Assembly: GCA_964593805.1 (NCBI GenBank)
Contig: CAZQHP010000001.1
Coordinates: 389,283 to 453,282, forward strand
Source of the DNA: an uncultured Candidatus Saccharibacteria bacterium
GTDB lineage: Bacteria > Patescibacteriota > Saccharimonadia > Saccharimonadales > JBBQAJ01
Direction of reading: 5' to 3'
DNA length: 64,000 bases
This document shows, in pieces, positions 15,657-22,123 of the stretch; the stretch's first letter is position 1; each line of letters begins with the position of its first letter. A program made the translations under genes and the position numbers. The notes beneath the pieces are model-generated. The model saw nothing but the letters and a program-made list of their open reading frames with translations. It was not told the DNA's origin and made no database searches.

Positions 15657-16306
15657 TGCGATTAGCGCCTGAAGGCTCTAAAAAAACCGCCACGCCGTTT
15701 CTGGTGATTGCGGCCGCCAGCGCGGCGCTTTTGACCTGGTCGGCATACACGGCCGCGGCGCGCACTGTAACTGGCGCCGAGCTGGACGTGTTCAGGTATA
15801 TCAACAACTGGCCGGACGGGCTCAGGGGCGTATTTTTGGTTATCACCCAGCTGGGTAGCGCCTGGATGGTTTTTGCGGTCACGCTTGTTGCGGCTTGGAA
15901 GAAATACTACCGTATGAGTTTGCGTATTTTCAGCCTGGCTGCGACGGCGTTTGTAGTCACCGAACTGCTGAAGCAATGGATAGGGCGTCCCCGGCCCCCG
16001 CTGCTGCTGTCTGGCGTAGAGTTGCGCCAAACTTTGCCGCTTGGATACGGCTTTCCGTCGGGCCATAGCGCGCTGGCTACCGTGTTGTCGCTAGTACTTG
16101 TTCCGCTGTTGCCCAAAAAGTGGCGTTGGCTACCACTGATGGGAGTTGTACTGGTCGGCCTATCGCGTATTTATTTAGGAGTCCACGCGCCGCTTGACGT
16201 ATTGGCTGGTATTGCCATTGGCGCCGGCGTAGTCAGCGCCTCCCAGTTAGTTCGCGGCAAATTACGATTTGTGACAAAAATCACACGTCTGAAACTGGCT
16301 GATTAA
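15656..16306 (+). CDS. PAP2-family phosphatase (BcrC/PgpB-like)
   Basis: 216 aa. KQWIGRPRP, FPSGHSA and SRIYLGVHAPLDVLAG are the three PAP2 motifs. Confidence 0.75.
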   Translation: MRLAPEGSKKTATPFLVIAAASAALLTWSAYTAAARTVTGAELDVFRYINNWPDGLRGVFLVITQLGSAWMVFAVTLVAAWKKYYRMSLRIFSLAATAFVVTELLKQWIGRPRPPLLLSGVELRQTLPLGYGFPSGHSALATVLSLVLVPLLPKKWRWLPLMGVVLVGLSRIYLGVHAPLDVLAGIAIGAGVVSASQLVRGKLRFVTKITRLKLAD

Positions 16307-16387
16307 CAGATGTAATTCATACAATTTGGAGGCTTGCAAAACTGCCCACGCAGGCATAAGCTGAAAGTGGAAGTGTGAGGCTTCCAC

Positions 16388-16413
16388 AAGCCCCGGTTTT
16401 TTACCGGGGCTTT
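16388..16413 (+). terminator. Intrinsic terminator-like hairpin
   Basis: AAGCCCCGG-ttttta-CCGGGGCTT followed by TAT. A second hairpin, TGGAAG-tgtgag-gCTTCCA, precedes it. Confidence 0.55.
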
Positions 16414-16420
16414 ATGAATA

Positions 16421-16460
16421 TGATTAACCACAAAGCGGTAGGTATCGGCATTGTTAATCA
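16421..16460. promoter_or_regulatory. 8-bp inverted repeat abutting the ZIP-transporter promoter (possible metalloregulator site)
   Basis: TGATTAAC (16421-16428) and GTTAATCA (16453-16460) are perfect reverse complements. The right arm ends 2 nt before a TATACT -10 box (16463-16468). Confidence 0.35.
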
Positions 16461-16490
16461 GTTATACTGTATTTAACTAAAAGGACAGCA

Positions 16491-17249
16491 ATGGCAAATT
16501 ATTATCACGTTATATTTTTTTCACTGATTGGCGGCGTCGTTTCGCTGATTGGCGGTATTTTATTGCTCAGCCGTAAAAACAGCGCGCTGGCCATGGCCAA
16601 GTACGCCACGCCATTTGCGGCCGGCGCTCTGCTGGCAGCCGTCTTTCTGGACTTGCTTAAAGAAGGAATTCATGAAGCCGATGTGAACACGGTACTCATG
16701 TCCACGGTTATCGGTGTATTGATATTTTTCTTTGCCGAGCGGTTTTTGCACTGGTTTCACCACCACCATCAGCATCAGGGCGCTCCCGACCCAACAACAG
16801 GCTTAGTGGTTGCGGGTGATACGATTCATAACGCTTTGGATGGCGTGGCGATTGCTGCGGCATTTTTAATCAGCGTACCAACAGGCATTGTAACTACGTT
16901 TGCCGTAGCAGCCCACGAGATACCGCAAGAAATCGGCGATTTTGGCCTATTGCTGCATAAAGGCATGGCGCGGCGGAAGGTGTTGCTGGTAAACATAATT
17001 AGCGCGCTGGCAACTACTGTCATGGCGGTAATCACATTTGCACTCGGCAGTACCGAGAAATTGCCTATAGGCGTAGTACTAGGCTTAAGCGCCGGCTTTT
17101 TGCTGTATATCGCCATGAGCGACATTATCCCGGAAATTCACGAAAACTCATCAAAAAAGCGTCTGTTTGACTGGCAGCCAATAATGTTGCTGCTGGGTGT
17201 GGTTGTGGTCGCGCTGTCTATCCAGTTAGCCCAACGCCTAGCCGGTTAG
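16491..17249 (+). CDS. zupT: ZIP-family divalent metal transporter (ZupT-like)
   Basis: 252 aa. It has HHHHQHQ in the loop, and HNALDGVAIA and HEIPQEIGDFGLLL, which are ZIP signatures. Confidence 0.8.
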   Translation: MANYYHVIFFSLIGGVVSLIGGILLLSRKNSALAMAKYATPFAAGALLAAVFLDLLKEGIHEADVNTVLMSTVIGVLIFFFAERFLHWFHHHHQHQGAPDPTTGLVVAGDTIHNALDGVAIAAAFLISVPTGIVTTFAVAAHEIPQEIGDFGLLLHKGMARRKVLLVNIISALATTVMAVITFALGSTEKLPIGVVLGLSAGFLLYIAMSDIIPEIHENSSKKRLFDWQPIMLLLGVVVVALSIQLAQRLAG

Positions 17250-17265
17250 CTGATACAATATAGCC

Positions 17266-18327
17266 ATGCTTGCAGCCGTAATAATTTTGGGGATAGCCGT
17301 GGCCGTTTTGGCGGCGCTACTGCTGCGTAAAAATTCCACGCCAAACAGCGGCGATGCCGCCCTGTTGCTCAAACAAGACCTGACAACCCTGAGTGAAAAT
17401 TTGACGAGTTTTAAAGACGGCTTTCAAAAAGAGCTGAGCGACAGGCTAGAAAAAAACAGCGTACAGATGCAGCGGCAATCCACCGATACTCAAAATGTTA
17501 TCAAAAACATCACCGAAAAACTGACATCGCTTGAAAAAACTAACCAGCAAGTCGGTGATATTGCCGGCGAACTCAAATCGCTTCAGAACGTGCTGCAAAA
17601 CCCCAAACAGCGCGGCGTGCTGGGTGAGTTTTACCTGAAACAGATTCTGGAAAACATGCTGCCGCCGGGAGCGTTTGAACTGCAATACCGTATGAGCGAG
17701 GGGCTGATTGTGGACGCCATAATCCGGCTGGATGACAAAATACTGCCGATTGACAGCAAATTTAGCCTGGAAAATTACAATCGCCTGGTAGAAGCCAAGG
17801 CCGAAGCCCGCCCGGCGTTGGAAAAAGCTTTCAAAGAAGACCTCAAAAAACGCATAGATGAAACTGCCAAATACATCCAACCCAAAAAAGGTACATTGGA
17901 GCAGGCGCTGATGTTTATACCAAGCGAGGCCATTTACTACGACCTGCTGGCCAACAAAGTCGGCGCCGGCGGAGTCAACGGCCGCGATCTCATGCAATAC
18001 GCGGCGGTGGACAAGCGCGTTACGGTGGTAGGCCCCAGTACGCTTTCGGCCATGTTGCAGATTATTTCGCAAGGTTTGAGCAGCCTGGAAATTCAAAAAG
18101 ACACTGAAGTCATACGAAAAAATGTGGAACAGCTGGGTAAGCATTTGCGCGGTTTTGACGCTTTCATGCAGCGGCTGGGCAGCAGCCTGGGTGCCAGCGT
18201 GGGGCATTTCAATAACGCGCACAAAGAATTGGGCAAAGTAGACAAAGACGTGGTAAAAATAGCCGGCGGCAACGCCGAAATTGAACCGTTACTACTAGAC
18301 CGCCCAGCGGACACAGACGATAACTAA
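17266..18327 (+). CDS. rmuC: DNA recombination protein RmuC
   Basis: 353 aa. An N-terminal TM helix and coiled coil are followed by QRGVLGEFYLKQILENMLP, LPIDSKF and MFIPSEAIYYDL, typical of RmuC. Confidence 0.8.
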   Translation: MLAAVIILGIAVAVLAALLLRKNSTPNSGDAALLLKQDLTTLSENLTSFKDGFQKELSDRLEKNSVQMQRQSTDTQNVIKNITEKLTSLEKTNQQVGDIAGELKSLQNVLQNPKQRGVLGEFYLKQILENMLPPGAFELQYRMSEGLIVDAIIRLDDKILPIDSKFSLENYNRLVEAKAEARPALEKAFKEDLKKRIDETAKYIQPKKGTLEQALMFIPSEAIYYDLLANKVGAGGVNGRDLMQYAAVDKRVTVVGPSTLSAMLQIISQGLSSLEIQKDTEVIRKNVEQLGKHLRGFDAFMQRLGSSLGASVGHFNNAHKELGKVDKDVVKIAGGNAEIEPLLLDRPADTDDN

Positions 18328-19664
18328 CTTTTTAGCAAATCAATGGTGAGGGCGGCGGTCCAGCTGAAGTTGGCGGCGCCCGCCGGCGAGCCGTCAAGCG
18401 GGCTAAAGTACTCGTAACAGCCAGCCTGAGCGACCATGGCTACGGTTGATTCGGTTAAAGCGGTGGCGTGGTCGTTGTAACCCATGCGTTTAAGCCCGTC
18501 AATGATGAGCCAGTTGGTATTGACCCAAGACGGGCCTTGCCAGTAAGCGTGCGGCTGAAAAGACGAGGAATTTACGGGTACGCTTGGCACGGGGTAGTGC
18601 GCGCCAAAGACGTGCTGGTTTTCTAGCATGCGAACCAGCTGATCGGCGCGGTCTTTGCTGATGGTCCCGGCGTACAGCGGCATCAGCGTGGCAATGCTCG
18701 GCTCTTTGAGCAGGTTGTGCGTTACAAAATTACGCGAATAGTACTGCCCAGAATAAGGATCCCACAGTTGCTCCAGCGCTTTTTCGGTTTTGGCCATTGA
18801 TTGAGCCAGTTCTTCTGGCACGTCCTCTTTGAGCAGTTTGGCTATCTCTGCCAGGTGCTGGTTGGCGCGGATTAAAATACAGTTGAAAGTCAGGTCTTCT
18901 ATGGCAAACAACGAATGCGACAAAATTTTGTCTATGTCATAACTTTTGCGGCGCAGCCGCCGGAGCGCGCTATAAAAAGCCAAAGCTTCTATCGGGTCAA
19001 GCCGTTCCTCTGCCGGGACAATTTTGGTATCGCGTCGGAACAGGTTAAACAGCCAGCCTGCTTTGAGTTTTTTGAGTACGCTAATCCAGGCTGCCAGCTG
19101 GTGTTCGTGGAGTTCGTGCATCCACGGCGGCGTGTTGTCCAAGCCCGATTCCCAGGGGTGGATTTGTAGCACCAAGCCTTCGTTGTGCGGGTCGCGCTCG
19201 GCGTACAGCCAGCTATGATACGCCACAAGCGCCGGATAAACTTGCTTGTACCAGCTGCGGCGTTCGGCTTTTTTGAGCCGTTCGCCGACTCTGACCACGG
19301 CTTCTGCCAGCATGGGCGGCTGGGTGATACCGCTGGTAGCAACGTCATCCGGCGAACTGGCATTGAGCCAACTGCGCCAAAGGTTGCGGTCGCGAACGTA
19401 ACGGTCGCCTTTGGCAAAAATCATGTTTGGCAGCATGCCGTTGTGCCATTGGCCGCGTAGCAAACTAAGCAGTTCTGCCTGGGCGCGGTCAACGTCCAGA
19501 TGCCGCAGCCCAATAGCTATAAAACAACTATCCCAGAGCCACTGATGCGAATAAAATTCGGCAGGGCCTGTGTATTGTCCCTGGTCGTTCATCTCAAGTA
19601 CAGCCTTGGCCTGCTCCAAAATATCCGGTTTTGCGCCAAGCTCTTCGTCCAGCTGCTCATCCAT
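18324..19664 (-). CDS. (alpha/alpha)6-barrel glycoside hydrolase (GH63/GH37-like glucosidase/trehalase family)
   Basis: 446 aa. The blocks WLWDSCFIAIG, IHPWESGLDNTP and YWQGPSWVNTNWLIIDGL are typical of the GH63/trehalase-like clan. Confidence 0.65.
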   Translation of the reverse strand: MDEQLDEELGAKPDILEQAKAVLEMNDQGQYTGPAEFYSHQWLWDSCFIAIGLRHLDVDRAQAELLSLLRGQWHNGMLPNMIFAKGDRYVRDRNLWRSWLNASSPDDVATSGITQPPMLAEAVVRVGERLKKAERRSWYKQVYPALVAYHSWLYAERDPHNEGLVLQIHPWESGLDNTPPWMHELHEHQLAAWISVLKKLKAGWLFNLFRRDTKIVPAEERLDPIEALAFYSALRRLRRKSYDIDKILSHSLFAIEDLTFNCILIRANQHLAEIAKLLKEDVPEELAQSMAKTEKALEQLWDPYSGQYYSRNFVTHNLLKEPSIATLMPLYAGTISKDRADQLVRMLENQHVFGAHYPVPSVPVNSSSFQPHAYWQGPSWVNTNWLIIDGLKRMGYNDHATALTESTVAMVAQAGCYEYFSPLDGSPAGAANFSWTAALTIDLLKS

Positions 19665-19682
19665 GGCTGTTAGTATAAAGCG

Positions 19683-20180
19683 CTAGCGGTAGTTTGTGAA
19701 ACTTAAAGGGAAGTCAAAGTCTTGAGATTTGAGCAGCTGCATGACGGCTTGCAGGTCGTTTTTGCTACCGCTGGTCACGCGGACTTCTGCGCCCTGAATC
19801 TGGGTTTTCACTTTTGGATGGTTGTCTCTAATCAAGCTGGTGATTTTTTTGGCTTTTTCCTGGTCCAGGCCACGAACGAAAGGCACTTCTTTGGTGGTTT
19901 TTAGGTTGGCAACCACCGGTTCTTTGGACGTATCCAATACTTTTTGGGATTGTTCGCGGCTGGCCAGTTTCTTGCGCACAATGTCCAGGATAGAGTCTAT
20001 CTGCCAGTCGCCGCTGCCAGTCACTTTCAGGCCAGTTTTGTCGGTGTTTAGCCACTCAATCTCGGCCGGCGTACCCTTGAAGTCGTAGCGGTTGGCCATT
20101 TCACGCTGCGTCTGGTCAAAAACGTTGTTCATTTCCGCTACGCTGTAGTCGGATACAATATCAAATGAAAAGTTTGCCAT
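19683..20180 (-). CDS. yajQ: YajQ-family nucleotide-binding protein (UPF0234)
   Basis: 165 aa. MANFSFDIVSDYSVAEMNNVFDQTQREMANRYDFKG is the characteristic YajQ N-terminus. Confidence 0.85.
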   Translation of the reverse strand: MANFSFDIVSDYSVAEMNNVFDQTQREMANRYDFKGTPAEIEWLNTDKTGLKVTGSGDWQIDSILDIVRKKLASREQSQKVLDTSKEPVVANLKTTKEVPFVRGLDQEKAKKITSLIRDNHPKVKTQIQGAEVRVTSGSKNDLQAVMQLLKSQDFDFPLSFTNYR

Positions 20181-20209
20181 ACTCTCAACAGTATAACAAA
20201 ATCACATCC

Positions 20210-20243
20210 TTCTAAAAAACACGCTATAGCGTGAATTATAGAA
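20210..20243. promoter_or_regulatory. 34-bp palindrome, copy A (putative operator)
   Basis: TTCTAAAAAACACGCTA|TAGCGTGAATTATAGAA is symmetric about 20226/20227. It has a perfect ACGCTATAGCGT core and TTCTA/TAGAA outer arms exactly 17 nt from the centre. It lies upstream of yajQ on the minus strand. Confidence 0.55.
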
Positions 20244-20269
20244 ATATACTATTCAGTTCCAGGATTTGA

Positions 20270-20839
20270 TTAGGGTAGAAGATGTTTAAACTTTGTTACG
20301 TAAGCGTTATGTGCGTCTAATTCAGCATTGGGTATGTAAATAATATCGTGAGCGATAGTCGGGAAAATGTCTTTGAGCATTTCAACAAAATCGTCAACCG
20401 GATAAGGGAAGACAAATACACTTCGTTGAAGCTGCTGAAAGCCAAGTTTCTTCATGTGGCCTGCAACATAATCACGCGTTGTCTTATATTCTTCGGGAAT
20501 ATCAAACATAACAACACGCCATTTCCGATCCCATTTGCCAGTCGGTAGCACCAGCCGGTCAAAGTGTGCTCGATGCGCACGCTGTTTGCCTTTTTCGGTT
20601 GCAATGATCTGGTAGCTGCCGTCTTCGTTGCTTTTTACCTCAACCAGTTTTTGCTGTTTCAAATATTTTGCCAATCGATTCGCGTCACGGCGCTTTTCTT
20701 TTCCGCTCAATAACTTAAGCAGGGGCTTTTCCAGCGCAACCAGACTATTAGGCGCGACAATTACAGCCACTGCTAATCCCGAAGCAACAGCTGTCATGAG
20801 AAAAGAATCAAGCACAAACGTAGATGTTGTTCGTTTCAT
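20270..20839 (-). CDS. PaaX-like regulator (winged helix plus Cas2-like ferredoxin-fold domain) with a hydrophobic N-terminus
   Basis: 189 aa. The middle segment ANRLAKYLKQQKLVEVKSNEDGSYQIIATEKGKQR is wHTH-like. KWRVVMFDIPEEYKTTRDYVAGHMKKLGFQQLQRSVFVFP is the Cas2-like block seen in PaaX-type proteins. Confidence 0.5.
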   Translation of the reverse strand: MKRTTSTFVLDSFLMTAVASGLAVAVIVAPNSLVALEKPLLKLLSGKEKRRDANRLAKYLKQQKLVEVKSNEDGSYQIIATEKGKQRAHRAHFDRLVLPTGKWDRKWRVVMFDIPEEYKTTRDYVAGHMKKLGFQQLQRSVFVFPYPVDDFVEMLKDIFPTIAHDIIYIPNAELDAHNAYVTKFKHLLP

Positions 20840-20843
20840 TCCT

Positions 20844-20877
20844 TTCTAAATTATACGCTATAGCGGGATTTTTAGAA
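20844..20877. promoter_or_regulatory. 34-bp palindrome, copy B (putative auto-operator over the -10 box)
   Basis: TTCTAAATTATACGCTA|TAGCGGGATTTTTAGAA is symmetric about 20860/20861 and has the same architecture as copy A. On the minus strand it contains TATAAT and ends 5 nt before the regulator ATG (20839). Confidence 0.55.
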
Positions 20878-20924
20878 GAGGGTTCTGAGAGAATACTAAC
20901 AGATTTGGTATAATTGTCAGCAAG

Positions 20925-21956
20925 ATGAGTTACAAAATTCCGCGAATTGCTGAGGTTGCTGAGCTGCTTACAAAACGGGTGGCTAGGCTTGGTAATAAAT
21001 CTGAAATTCTGAAAGCTGCGGAATTGAAAGCGCTGTACGCTGAAATTCCTGACTTGCCGGTGAAAAATCGTGCCGGATTTGGCAAAGAAATCAATCTGTT
21101 GAAAGCAGAACTTGAAAAACTCGTTAAACAGACTCGGGACTCTCAGCCCTCAGTTCTCGGTTCGATTGACGTGACCGCCCCGTTTGACGTGAATGTTTCT
21201 GAACATCCTTCGCTTTTGCCAGCCGAACACGGCAGCCAGCACCCGCTCATGACTGAACTGGAAAAAATCTTGGATATCTATTACCGGATGGGCTTCAAGG
21301 CGCTGGAATCGCGGCAGATAGACGATGACTATCATATGTTTAGCAGCCTCAATTTTCCGGAAGACCACCCGGCTCGGGATGAGTACGACACGTTCATTAC
21401 CACTGAGGGCTTGATAGCCCCCGCCCATACCAGTGTCATGCAAACGCGCGTGATGTCGGCAGACAAAGGCGAGCTAGCAAAAGGCAAACCGATAGCTTAC
21501 GTGGTGCCTGGACGAGTTTTTCGCAACGAAGACTTAGATGCTCGCCACGAGCACACGTTTTACCAGCTGGAAGGCGTTTATGTGGGCGAGGGCATTCACG
21601 TCGGCAATTTGATAGCCGTGCTGCAGACGTTTTTTGAGGAATACTACGGCAAGAAAATGGAAGTCAAAATCCAGCCGTTCTACTTCCCTTTTACCGAACC
21701 AAGTTTTGAATTTGCCATTGCCTGCCCTTTTTGTGACAAAGCTGGCTGCCACGTGTGCGGCGAGGGCTGGCTGGAAATGCTGGGCTGCGGCATGATACAC
21801 CCCAACGTGCTGAAAATGGCCGGAATTGACCCCGTAAAATACAGCGGTTTTGCATGGGGCGGCGGGATTGACCGGCTGGTGATGATTAAATACGGGATAG
21901 ATGACGTACGCTATTTTGAATCCGGAAAATTGGAATTTCTGAGGCAGTTTTCATGA
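20925..21956 (+). CDS. pheS: Phenylalanine-tRNA ligase alpha subunit
   Basis: 343 aa. HPARDEYDTF, FRNEDLDARHEHTFYQLEG and GWLEMLGCGMIHPNVL are PheS class II motifs. Confidence 0.95.
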   Translation: MSYKIPRIAEVAELLTKRVARLGNKSEILKAAELKALYAEIPDLPVKNRAGFGKEINLLKAELEKLVKQTRDSQPSVLGSIDVTAPFDVNVSEHPSLLPAEHGSQHPLMTELEKILDIYYRMGFKALESRQIDDDYHMFSSLNFPEDHPARDEYDTFITTEGLIAPAHTSVMQTRVMSADKGELAKGKPIAYVVPGRVFRNEDLDARHEHTFYQLEGVYVGEGIHVGNLIAVLQTFFEEYYGKKMEVKIQPFYFPFTEPSFEFAIACPFCDKAGCHVCGEGWLEMLGCGMIHPNVLKMAGIDPVKYSGFAWGGGIDRLVMIKYGIDDVRYFESGKLEFLRQFS

Positions 21957-22123
21957 GTGATACAGAAACACTTTTTCAATGTCCAGTTTGCAAACTGCAT
22001 TATCGGAGCAGCGAACTAGCCAAACAGTGCCAAGACTTCTGCAGCGCCAATAAAGCTTGTAGTCTGGTAATCATCCAGCAATCAATTGAAAATGAAAAAG
22101 CGAGGCTGATTCATGAAAATTAG
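21953..22123 (+). CDS. Candidate 56-aa Cys-rich zinc-ribbon micro-protein between pheS and pheT
   Basis: Not in the ORF track because it is under 60 aa. The ATG overlaps the pheS stop (ATGA at 21953-21956). The stop TAG at 22121-22123 overlaps the pheT start by 11 nt. My translation is MSDTETLFQCPVCKLHYRSSELAKQCQDFCSANKACSLVIIQQSIENEKARLIHEN (CxxC-x12-CxxxC). Confidence 0.45.
   Translation: MSDTETLFQCPVCKLHYRSSELAKQCQDFCSANKACSLVIIQQSIENEKARLIHEN

Noticed and set aside
1993-16378. Recurring TGTGAG(G) in four intergenic regions (1993, 6857, 13398 and 16373), twice as a hairpin loop.
   Set aside because: A 6-mer is expected many times by chance in 64 kb. Its positions relative to -10 boxes are inconsistent (12, 14 and about 48 nt). 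This is not enough for a motif claim.
16320-16413. TACAAT followed by two hairpins and a terminator after the PAP2 gene, considered as an independent sRNA analogous to 13391-13471.
   Set aside because: The terminator lies directly downstream of the PAP2 stop codon and is most simply that gene's terminator. The TACAAT has no supporting -35 or extended -10 element. It is recorded only as a terminator.
17446-18222. 258-aa antisense ORF within rmuC.
   Set aside because: Shadow ORF opposite a well-supported gene, with no promoter or RBS context.
20270-20839. The Cas2-like block (KWRVVMFDIPEE...LQRSVFVFP) as a remnant of a CRISPR-Cas locus.
   Set aside because: There is no repeat-spacer array, cas1 or any other cas gene in the window. 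The domain is fused to a wHTH as in PaaX-type regulators, so it is interpreted as a regulator.
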